Position numbers and translations under genes: made by a program. A stretch of 64,000 nucleotides of DNA from assembly GCA_016748015.1 (NCBI GenBank), contig JAAOMT010000760.1, positions 696,216-760,215 on the forward strand, read 5' to 3'. The DNA comes from Geosiphon pyriformis uo1. Lineage: Eukaryota; Fungi; Glomeromycota. Shown one piece after another: positions 52,494 through 64,000 of the stretch (the stretch's first letter is position 1; every line of letters starts with the position of its first letter). The notes below the pieces were generated by a model, which worked only from the letters and a program-made list of their open reading frames with translations, was not told where the DNA came from and made no database searches.

Positions 52494-55215
52494 TTACCAT
52501 AAGGGGTTGCATGATAATAGCGAAAATCGAAATGCTAAAATTATCTTGGCATCGGCAGCTGAGTTGATTGAAGAAATTTATAATAATGATTTTAAATATT
52601 AATTAATTTCGAATGTAAAACAAAAGTAAATTTGTAAAGATGAAAAATCTTTATCCCTAAAGGCTCAAAAGTTGGTAAAAAATCATAGAGAAATCAAATT
52701 CAACTGGAATAAATTATTTTAAGATTGACAAGTTCATTTAATCCTTTTCATTTCCTTTTTCAATAAGAGAAATGAGCCTTGTACATGAAAGAAGTCTACA
52801 GTCCAATCGCAATTCATATTTTTATAAAAAATTTATTAGTTGTCTTGAATTCATGAGTCTTTTTAAATCTTTCTTTGAGTTCGAAAAATATGATTTTCCA
52901 AGTATATTTAGAACAATTACCTGTTATTAACCTATTTGTACATCATAATAATACTTTTATTAGTATTGAAAAAAAATGAACATATACATAATATTTTTGA
53001 GTTTGTTAGGCTGATTAGTAATATTTGTATTTGTTCATGTTATTAATAAAGCGGATGATTACAATTTAAGTTTAATTGTAATTTAACACTTTGAAAATGG
53101 GTGACTAAACCTTCAAAGTATCAATTAATAACAAAATTTGTAAATAAATATTTTTTGAGTCAAGGATTTTTCAATCATAAAGATGAAAATACACTTATTT
53201 AGGAATCCCAAAATAAGCCAAAATAAGTATCATAGTTTTAGTAATTTTTAATATAATTCAAGTAATAAAATATTTGGAAAGTTAATTATGTATTCATTGC
53301 CTATTTTCATGAATAAAAAGACTCATTATTTAACTGTTTTCCATTTTCTTAAGGACTTGAGAGGCATCGTTAATAATTTTTCAAATCTTTATTTTTTTTT
53401 CATACCAATAACAAAATATATTGACCTTATTTTATAATGGCATTAAATAAATATCTAACATACTTATTGTTAAATAATGTTTAAATTTAATATGTGATTT
53501 TGGTTATTACTTAATTCAACTTTGTAAGTAGTAAAATAAATTAAAACTGCGTTGAAAATGTATGCATAGAAACTTAAAATTAAGGGATTGATCTAATAAC
53601 AAAAATAAAATGTAAAATATTAGATAGAGTATTTCTTAATAGTTTATTATCTTTAAATTAATAAAAACTAATTTTTTGTTTCTAAGACTTTATGTCTATT
53701 GACTTTTAATTTTGATTTTACTAAAAAGTATTTTTGTACATGCATTTATAATTTTTTTATTTGAGCTTATTTTTTTAACTTGATTGATTTTGTCACATAA
53801 TTTCAAAGTTTTTAAAAAATTGGAAAATTACAATCTAAATAATATTTTTTTATGCAAATAAAAAAAGTTCTAAATTATAATTCTTAAACCCGAATTCAGC
53901 AATTCAATTAAAATAAATATTAAATTTATATATAAATAACAATTTGTTTTATCTAAGATATAAATAAAAATTTAAAATAACATATAAATAAATACGTTTA
54001 TTTAAAAAAATTTCCAAAAAAATTGTTTTACGATATTTAAATATTTATATTTATATTTTTAAAATTTGTGTAAATTCAAAATAGGTATTTGGTTTTTAAA
54101 ATAGTTTAATATTTAAACCAAAAAATGAAAAATAAATTTTTCATGCAATTATTAAACAAATAAATTATACCAATTTTTATATTATTTTAATTTAAAAAGA
54201 AATAAATTAAAGCTGTTTTTTTACATCAACAATAAAGTTTTTTTAAAGTCTTTTTCAATTGCTTATAATTTGTGCTTAATTATTATTTAAATCCAAATAT
54301 TAATTTTTTACTTACATTGATCTAAATTCAAGTGTTTAGTTTAAAATATTGTTTTCAAAGTAATATTTTTTAATTCGCGTCATAAAAATTTAAAACCGTT
54401 GACGTGAAAACTATTATTTTGAAATCGCAAGATAAAGATTTAAAACCTTTTAATTTTGTATCCTCTCTTGTTAGCCTATATAAAAATTTAATTGGATAAA
54501 TTTGGCTCTTTGAGATAAGGACTTTAATTATTTACCATTCGAAAATCAATTATTAAAGACATGGACATATTGACTCTTTTAAAATTTAGTTTGGAACTTT
54601 CTAAGGTGATTTTGAAAAATTAAATATTTTCTTAGTTATTTTCTTAGAAGCTTAACTAAAAATAATTAAATAAAGACCCTTTTTTACTTTAAGCCAATCA
54701 GTTCCTGAAATTCTTGTCCCAAGAGAAAGATATTTTTATTAAAATTTGTCAGCATTGTTTTATTCCCTTTTAAAACTCCTTCTGATTTAAACTGATCAAA
54801 AGTGGTGCTATTACTTATCTAGTAAATTCAAAAATGAGTGTACTTATTTTTTATCAAAAATATTAAATGGCATGAAAATATATATACAGTTAACCATATA
54901 AAGAAAAAATTTATGAAATAATGTTTTCAAAGTGGAAAGACTTCATATAGGAGGCTGTCTTTTATTTTTAATCAAGGTTCTCATATTCACCCACTGTAAA
55001 TATTTTGCATTTCACCTAACTGTTTTCTTTCGAAATCTTTGGCATTGGATTTTTCAAACCGAATCAATTTGATTGATTTAGGCCGACTCGATGAGTTTCT
55101 GTTATGTTTGAAAATCAATTATAATCAAGCAATCTTAAATGGAAAGATTACAAACTATATTCAATAAAGTAAAAATTTATTACTCATAGTTTAAAGATTT
55201 TTAGCGATTTTTTTT

Positions 55216-56430
55216 TTAGAGGAGTGTGTCTGAAACATAAATTGATGGCTTAGGAGGTGGACATACACCAAAGCAAGGACCGTAGTGTGGAGATACTTCA
55301 GGTACTACAAATTGATTGTTGCATTCCTATAATTTAAAAAAAACCCCCCGATATCAATCAAAGGGAAGTTAGAATAAGGTATAAAAGATCTTTTGTAAAC
55401 GATAAAAAGGTTACCATATTCTCTTTGATAGAAAGGGTATCATCTGGTGGTTGGGTTCCAACACATCGATACACCTCAGAAAATGGACATTTACAATTAT
55501 CATTAAACCAATATTCCGTTTCATGATGCCGAAAATCAGTAAGTCCTTATGGCATCCTTGAGAAATAATCATTCGAATGTGTTAATCGGTAGAAAGATAT
55601 ATTTGGAAGAGACCCAACATATTTTTGCAAATTCTTTATTTCCCATTCGTGGTTGTCTTAATGTGATCTAAATAAGATGATAGTTGTAATGCAGCGAAAA
55701 CTGCGTGAACTGAATTTCAAAAATAAAGAATGAATTAGTTAATTAACTACTCAATTAATTATTAAATTTAATTCTGAAAACAATTTTTTAATCATTCATG
55801 TGGAATATAATTTACCACCAGCAATAGAATGACCAACGATATTAACCCTAAGTGTTTCTTGTTTCATCAATTTTTTAATTTTGGAAAAAATATTTAATCT
55901 CGTTTTTCGAAATTGGAACCAGAATCCTCCGTCAACAGCAGCCTTTTGACCTCCTCGAGGAAAGATAAAAAGTTTTTGCGACCTGCGGAACCAGTCATTC
56001 GGTTTGCCTTAAAGTAAACAATTACCATTCGTTCTTTGTTTTTTTCATCTTGCGAAATAGGAAGTTCTCTTAACTTTGTTTCAGCTAAAAATTTTAAATA
56101 CGATTGAGGAAAAAGATCGGACTTGTTAAAATTATTCGAAATTCTTACCATAAATACCTCCTCCAACATGACTAATATCATCCTGAATGCAATGACCAAG
56201 TCAGGCATAGTATGTCATTATTTCAAATATGGCTAAAAGTTTAGTGTCAGTCACCAAAACCTTTTTGTTGATATCTTCAACTCTTGCAATAAGCTTTCCT
56301 GTTTTAAGTCCATCATTTAGGCTTCTTTTCTTTAAATAACCTTTTGACCTCGGTATTTTTGTTTGACCCTTTCAAACTCGTGGTTTTTGCTTTTTCAAAC
56401 AAAATTAAGAGGGTTGTGGGAAATAATCCT
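55216..56430 (-). pseudogene. Class-3 lipase pseudogene retaining the nucleophile Ser
   Basis: IVYFKA, VNIVGHSIAG|VHAVFAAL, QPRMGNKEFAK, RLTHSNDYFSRMP*, HHETEYW...CKCP and last exon ECNNQF...PHYGPCFG. It has multiple frameshifts and stops. Intron positions after the nucleophile motif and before ECN match the two intact copies. Confidence 0.8.
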
Positions 56431-56548
56431 ATAAGAAAATTTAGAACGTGATTTACATTGATTTTAAAAATTTTATTAAATTACGGTAAAATCTTCATTT
56501 ATGTTCAATAATATTTTGTTAAGAAGATAGCTAGCTTTTTATTCCAGG

Positions 56549-56551
<3 letters not shown>

Positions 56552-56581
<30 letters not shown>
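56552..56581. repeat. (GAT)n microsatellite
   Basis: About 10 tandem units. Confidence 0.9.
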
Positions 56582-56583
<2 letters not shown>

Positions 56584-58738
56584 AATTAAGCATGAAAAGA
56601 AGAAGGCAATAATAAATATATATAAAGTGGAAAGTCTAGATTTATATTTTTTTGGTTGTAGTTTGAAAGTGGAACTATCATTTCACAAATCTTGTGCTCA
56701 AATAAAAATTTTGCATCAAAAATTATTTCGAATTTTTTTCCCTTCAAATATGAGATATCATTTCTGATTTGATATCAACTTTTTTTTACTTGAGGGTATT
56801 TAAATTTCCTCAAAATCCGCAACCTAAAATTCTGATCCAATACATAATAGGCCAGATCAAAAATGAAATTAATCATAATATTATGTATTTGATAGGAAAA
56901 GATTTAATAAACAAATAAACAAAAAAAAAGCAAAAAAAGAGATAATATTTTAACATAGCACGAATGTGCTATGCTCTATTTGGAATCAAGCGATTGGAAA
57001 AGAATTCCTAGCATTAAATGGATAAGCCACATATGAATGAATTGGATTTTTTTTGCCAATTGAAACCTCATCCGTTAATTACCTGAAATGATAATTTTGA
57101 AAGAAATTATTTTTTCTAAAAGAAAAAAGGCATCTGAAATATGAAATGCATTTGTCTGTTACTATTAATTTTAATGATGAGTGTATATTTTATTAAAGTT
57201 TTTTCATAATTAATACAAATAACATGGCCCTTTTTAAAAAAAAAATGGCTCTAATAAGTCTAAAATTTTGACTGAATTCTATACTGAAAATCTGTATTTT
57301 TTTTCAGCTTAATTGAATTATGTGTCATCACTAAAAATGGAATACTTAAAATTTAAAAAATTCTCACCAGTTTGTAGCTCAGAGACAAAAGGTTTCAGCC
57401 CTTAATAAAATTATTGGCAGTTGCGATGGTTGTTTAGTATAGCTTTATGTTTTCAACATATTAGAAAAAATATTAAATTGATTTGAGCTTAAAAAGTTTT
57501 TGTTTATTGTGAATTCAGGTTCTTTTAAATTGATTTTAAAATATGGTTAATTTTGATTTTAATTTATTTTTTAAAGCATATAATATATATTCCAATACTT
57601 TTATAATTCTTTGGGCTTTGATTTTACCAATATATTTTAAATTTGAATTTTTATATTATAATCTAATTTCAAATATTTATAATATTTGTCTTTTCAAAAT
57701 TCTCAAAATCTTGATTAATAAATATTATTTTAGCTATTTTTTATTTATATTCAATGTTTTATTAAATTATTTATTTATTTTTTTAAATTAAATTATGAAG
57801 AAAATTTATTAATAAATATACATATTTTTTGATTAATTAAAATATTATTTAAATGATAAAAAAATTTGCTTTTAATTTAGTTGTCAATTTATTTAACTTT
57901 TTTTTTAAAAAACATTAATCGAAGCTTTTCTTTTTGCTTAAAACTTGTTCAAACTTTTAATATTTTAAAAATTTTCTCTCTTAAATTCCAGAGAAACTTG
58001 AATAATTTTCTTAAACATTTCATTGCGAATATTATTGAATTGATGACCCTAGGAATTTAAATTATATTCCCAATTTTTCAAAAGCTTTTTATTTGACCTT
58101 TTCAATTGTATTAATAATTTTAAAAATTCAGCAAGGATTTAATGCGTGTATCATATAGTCAAGTATAAAATGTGAATTTATCGTATGTTTTTATTTTTAA
58201 CATGGATCCTTCTTTAAATTTTCATCATTGAAATCTGTAGGATTTAATTTATTGAATCAGAAAATTTAAATGCCTGCATACATTAGGCAAAAGGGATCTT
58301 CTAAATATTCCAATTCTGAAAAAAAATATGCAGTCCAATTATACCACAATGCAAGTCATACAACACACAAATTATTATTTTCAACTCCATATATCGACTT
58401 CAAACGAATGTCGTTTGCGATTTTCCCAACTTTCTGCTGATCACCTAGTCAAATCAGGACAACTTCCATTTACGAAAACGTTTTATTTTAAGTTTTAGTC
58501 CGTATAAATATATAAAAGACTTCTAACTTGTTAAGAAATAATTGATTTTTTTTTCGTAATGGTTTTGTAAAAATCAAAAATGCTCATGATCATCTTTTAT
58601 CGTCATCATGATAACAAATGTTCATAGACTTCATCTTTTTAAAATATCTAACCATTAAAACTAATTATTCTCAGGAGATGGTGAATCCTTGCTTTGAAAT
58701 TTCATAATACCAGAAAGTTTTCATTTCTCTTCAGGATA

Positions 58739-58740
<2 letters not shown>

Positions 58741-58808
<68 letters not shown>
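58741..58808. repeat. (TTA)n microsatellite
   Basis: About 22 perfect units. Confidence 0.95.
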
Positions 58809-59068
58809 TTAAGGTCTTTGATGTTTTATTTATCTGCTTGTTTTTAAATTAACAATTACATGCATCTAGATTTTGGGTATGAACTTCTTAGAAGCTTTCC
58901 AGAATAAATATTTAAATATCTTTTAAGGTTTTCATTGAATACTCTGTGCTTATCATAAAAACCGAATAAATGTTAAAGTAATATCAGAAGTGAAAAGGGA
59001 GTGTGTGTAATATTGTACAAAGGAAATTCGAAAAACTATAATTAAAACAAAAATTTGATTTTTAACAT

Positions 59069-61037
59069 CTAATCTAAACTTTCCATCTCAATTTTCTCAC
59101 ATTCAAGCCGTGATTCCGATAGGCTCGATGGTTCTATCGTTTTATTTTTTAGATTAGGCATTTTTGAAAGCCACATCTGTGGTTGTAATGGATTTAAGTG
59201 AATGCTGGAGTAGCCTGGCGTTAACATTGAATAGAAATTTGAAGTTCTATGTCCGGGATTCGATGAAATACTACTTTGTGATAGCTGTCGCCTTTGAAAT
59301 TTTACAGTTGGTTCGATTGGTATTAAGGGTAATTTTGTGTTGGTACTTGATACTATAGGGCTTGAATTATATCTTGAATCTGGCTCAACATTAGTTGAAG
59401 ACTTTTCATTGATGACGTTAATTGGACCTAATGGTGGTTTCGATGGTCCCGGGGATGGAGATCGTGAACCAGTTGATGATGAACCAAATTTATTATGTGA
59501 AAATGATGATCGGCGGGATGGCAATCTGGATGGAGTTCGCGAGGGAGCCCTGGAAGCAGGACCACCGGATTTTTTTGCAAAAAATCGAAAGGTTTTAGTA
59601 TATGTTTTATAAATTTCCATTTCTTCCGTAATTGTGCTTATCATTTCATCGAATTGATCCGAGGAAATGTTCATCAATGGTGCCAGTTTAAGTTTCATTT
59701 GACGCAAACTTTGTATATAGTTTTGAAGGGCCTAGGAAAAAGTAAAATTTTTTAAGAAAGAATAAACAAAGGAATTTCCAGTCAATACATTATCGTATAT
59801 ACCAGTTCACTAAATCTACCACCATGTTTTCCTAATGGTAATTGACGTTCTTGTGGATAGACATCGAGTACTTTCTGTGTAGATTTCAAATAATTTGAAA
59901 TCTCAGAGGAAACGCTGGTTTTTAAGTCTTGTGAATGAGTTAATGATTTCCCTATAAAAGAATGACTCTTTAGTAAGATTTTGAAAAAATAAATTTTGTT
60001 GAAAGAATAAAAGAAAAAATTGATTGATTAAATGAATGACATACGGAATTCCTCAATACACATCGTTATAGGTCCTTGGCTTTCCAAAGTTTGATTTAAT
60101 GACATCTTGGAGACACACAAAAATGGTTGGTTGGTGTTAAATCTGTTGCTGAGAACTTAATTACACAATACGGAAAAAAAGTCTATATAAAATTGTAAAT
60201 TCAGCTCACCACTTCAATCCATCCACCTGGCTTTGTAACTCGAACCAAGTCCTTTATAATTATTTCTTCCCAATTATTTCCTCTATCTTTAGGCTCCAAA
60301 AGTTTAAAATATACAAAATCAAAAGTATTCTCCAAGAAATCTACACTTTTTTTAAGATTGGCATCTTGAAATCGAACGTTTGCAGGCAAATTTACAAGAT
60401 CTTTACTTGGAAAAACTGGGGATGCAACATCAATGGCATTAAAATGAGCAAAAGGATAAGTTTTTGCCATTTCTCGTGTCCAATCTCCAGCACCGCAACT
60501 TTTCAAAAAAATTAAAATTAAAAAGTTGAGAATTAAACCAAGACTTTTGTGTGCGTAAAAAAAGAAAAAAATCAAAATTTTAGCCTACCAAACCTCAAGT
60601 ACTTCAATACCGCCCATTTTCAACATGGTCTCAGTGGGTGAAGAATAATTTCCATTCCATACATGCTTTAACACCTCATGTTGCGTATTTAGTCTTTCAA
60701 TTTCTTGCTCTTTCGTTGGTGATGTGTATATATAATTTTCATGAAAATTGAATTTTTGCTCACTTTGAATTGACATATTTGTATTGACAGTTATCGTTTC
60801 CTGACTTTGATTTTTTTGTTGTGGGAACGATTTTGAGTTGTCTTTCAAACTGAAAGAAGATTTAGAAGATCGTTTTGCTAATCGATGAAGTTTGGGGAAG
60901 TGTAAGACGTGACTGTTATGGGTTTTAGGCGGTTTTGTTTGTGGTTCAGGGTAACTATAAGGATTTTGATGTTTCTGGGGCTTTTCATAAGTATCGTCTT
61001 GTTTGGAAAGGGTTTGTTTTGAATGACATTTACCCAT
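59069..61037 (-). CDS. Class I SAM-dependent methyltransferase (LaeA/TdiE-like fungal family) with disordered tails
   Basis: EIERLNTQHEVLKHVWNGNYSSP, spliced motif I VLEVCCGAGDW, AIDV, NTFDFV, RVTKPGGWIEV and LPLGKHGGR. Five exons join in frame, ending in a Ser/Pro-rich C-terminal tail. Confidence 0.88.
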
Positions 61038-62166
61038 TTTTTGAGTTTCTTGATTATTTTTTTTGGAAAAGGTTGAGTTTTTCCTTTCGCTTTTAAAAAG
61101 TAATTTTTCTATTCTTAAAGGCATTAATTATTAAATTTTCAATTCAAAAATTTTCAGTCACTCTTATCTCTGGTCCGTTGAAAAATATCCCCAAACAAAT
61201 AACAGGTCAATAGGCGTGGTATTTGTTTAATTTAATTTGTTATCTTTTAACTATTGTTTTTTTTTGATTATTATAAAAACTTTAATGTTTTCACTATTAA
61301 TACAAAATTATTTTGAACAACAATGGTCTAGTTATGGCACACTGAAGAAGTATTTATATTGTAGGTAAATTGAAATGATGTGGAAAATCTGTTAACCATA
61401 GGATTTTTCCAAAAAGGGGGATTCTTTTTAGAGAGGTAAAATTTAGCATTTCATTGTGAATAGAATTTGCTTTAAGGCTGTAATAGGATGGAATTGTTAT
61501 CATGAATTTTGAAACTATCAAATTCTGAAGAGATAGGATAAAAATTGAATGATTTTATCGCTATTGTATAATCGAGGAATGAGAGGTTTCATTATACGGA
61601 CAGGTGGTACAAAATATCGGGCGTTTGAGATAGTTCCCGGTCGCCCGTAACTTACATTTTCGACAATCATGTGATACACGAAATTCCTGGGATATCAATG
61701 CCTATAGGATGCAAAACTGCCCGTGCGCAACTGTTATATTTTTAAAGCCTTTTTAACTTTCAGATTATGTATTTCCGGTTGTGATTAGGACATTTTGAAC
61801 TTGATATTTTTAAATTTATTGAACCCTTGAACTAATTTAACAGTATCATGTTAACTTCTTTTATGGTTAGAGCAGTTACTAGACTCTCATGAAATCATGT
61901 GATATTCACTTGGTATTTTTTTTTTCAGAAAAAAATGAACAATCTCGTTTCATTGCTAGTGAAGAAATGTCTTTGTTTGGCTTATTAATAATCGAGAAAT
62001 CATACCTAATTTAGTTTTGTATAACTAGAAAAAATGTCATGCCATGCCAGGCTAGTCCGGACCATGATGACATAAATTTGCAACGGCTAGCGTATTTTTC
62101 AAAGGGAACGATGAAACACACTAATTAAAAAAGAGCGTATCCCGGTTGTAAAACCTGGTAATCTCA

Positions 62167-62219
62167 TTTAACCATTGAACTTATTCAATATCGCCGATTG
62201 AATAAGTTCAATGATTAAA
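62167..62219. repeat. Perfect 17-bp inverted repeat (hairpin)
   Basis: CATTGAACTTATTCAAT (62173-62189), a 7-nt loop, then ATTGAATAAGTTCAATG (62197-62213). Five more pairs follow after one mismatch. Confidence 0.9.
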
Positions 62220-62879
62220 AGAACTGTGAAGTAGTCAAAAAAGGAAAAGAATTTTCATAGTGATCATCCATAATTTTTAAGGCGTATATTTGCATTGCAT
62301 CATTATATCATTGTGCTTTTGTTATTTTTATAAATAGAATACTAAACGTGTAAAAGACAAAGTATTTGCTCTAACTACCTAAAATAAACTCAAAAAATTT
62401 ATTTCTTTTTAGCAAATAATTCTTTGATAACTATGATTTACTCCTGAAAATATGATGAAAATTAATTAGCTACTATTTCATATATATTGTTAAGTATACT
62501 ATCAATTGTTCCCATCAGATAAGCGGTTTCATGCAAATCCTTATTAGATTTAATTTATAAAAATCTTTTTTCAATTAACCATCATCAAAACCATACTTTG
62601 TGCTTTGAACACTAAAAGCAAATATTGATTTCCTTCGGTTTACTGTTGGTTTGTGCGAGTCAAAATACCCATTTATAGTCTCATTGAGAAATTTATACTT
62701 TTTTACAGAAATATTTTTATCAAAAATTAATAAAGGTTCAGAAACGTGTCCAATCTAATAGATACAACCCAAGAAAAGGTAAAAGTAGCTATTTGTTTTT
62801 GTTTTTTCTTAAATGATTGTTTTATTTGATTATATTCACTCACCCATCAGGTAATTATGAAAAGCTTGTTGTTAACTTG

Positions 62880-64000
62880 ATATAGCAAAAAGTTAATTTA
62901 AAATTTTCATTTTTTTATGTAATTGTAGTATTGTTTTTTTACAAATGTTCTAAATATGAATTATTTGTACAATATCATTTTTATTAATCTTGAATTTTAA
63001 TTTTTGTTTTAAAAAAAATTTCTTATGATTAATTATAATTTTATAATTCTTAGACCAATTATTGTAATTATTAATTTATTTAATAATTATTACAAAATAA
63101 ATTTATGAAACATAATAGTATTTTTTATTACTTTTAATATTGTTAGTTTATTAATTGAATTATTATTTGTTTTAAATTTTTTTCAAAAATTTTAAATAAA
63201 AAATAATGATTGATATTAATTTGATTAATAATAATAAATTCTATATACTGTATAATTTTTAATGAATTAGTTATAAAAAAATTTTATTCAATAATTTTAA
63301 GTTTGATTTTTAAGATATATAAAAAAATAATTGAACTTTATTGTATTTACTTAATCAATTAATTTTGTGAGTTTTTTAATATTATGCAAAATTAAAGATT
63401 TTATTAAATTATTAAATTTTTGGTTAAATATATGACTTTATTCCAAAAATGGAATATTTTTTTGCATTATATTTATGAATAAAGTTATGAATCAAAATAA
63501 GAAAAATATATATTTAATAAAAAAAATAATAATAACCAAAATTATTTGTAATACGATATAAAAAATATCAAAAAATTACAAAATATCTAATTTTATTAAA
63601 AATTAAACTCTATTTCAATGTTTAATAACTTATTTAAAAAACTTGAAGCTATTTTATTTTATTTTAAAGTAATAAAAATTATTATATAATTTTATTTAAT
63701 ATACATATTATCTATATTAAATCATCTTTTAAATATTACAAAACTTTGTTAAAAAATTGTAATCTTGTTAAACGGTTTTAAAACAAACTTATTAACCATT
63801 ACTTAAAAAATTTGATAAAATTCTTCAACAAATATAAAAAAACAATAATACAAAATAAAATTACAAATATAACTAATAATATTACAGAAATCACAATTAA
63901 TTAAGCTTATATAAGTTAAATTTATATGTTATTTTAATCACAAAAGTATTTGTTATAATAATAATAATAATAATAATACTTAATTTTATTATTAATGTGT
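62880..64000. repeat. Extremely AT-rich decayed block running off the window end
   Basis: Abrupt drop in GC, CpG nearly absent, no ORFs. Confidence 0.55.

Noticed and set aside
57362-57435. tRNA-like start (GTAGCTCAG)
   Set aside because: No GTTCRA T-loop, acceptor stem or cloverleaf.
59164-59612. Plus-strand ORFs overlapping the methyltransferase (likewise 29024-29224, 10006-10284 and 10962-11156)
   Set aside because: Antisense shadows of real exons.
61617-61648. CGGGCG/CGCCCG short inverted repeat
   Set aside because: Only 6 firm pairs with weak inner pairing, which is within chance expectation.
62060-62160. Possible C/D snoRNA (ATGATGA box)
   Set aside because: No suitably placed CTGA D box or terminal stem.

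Overview
This is very AT-rich, intron-containing fungal DNA. Gene content and repeat style point to Glomeromycotina (arbuscular-mycorrhizal lineage), possibly a Geosiphon/Ambispora-like genome; that assignment is inference. Genes I could reconstruct by hand with GT-AG introns: the 3' end of a probable GPI-anchored protein, an AA5_1 copper radical (glyoxal) oxidase, two inverted copies of a membrane-anchored class-3 lipase-like gene, a small single-TM hypothetical protein, a DH-domain RhoGEF, a PAQR/IZH receptor and a class I SAM methyltransferase. Between them lie three protein-kinase relics, a lipase pseudogene, other decayed ORFs, LINE-like fragments, a 79-bp Tc1/mariner-type MITE, microsatellites and sharply bounded extremely AT-rich blocks. 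Two observations stand out. (1) Both intact lipase copies carry Gly instead of the catalytic Ser, while the Ser-bearing paralog is the pseudogene, suggesting a selected pseudo-lipase family. (2) The AT-rich blocks have lost TpC/GpA, CpC and CpG but kept ApC/GpT and GpC, a mutation signature unlike ascomycete CpA-RIP and not explained by CpG decay alone. All counts are small hand counts and no database search was run.
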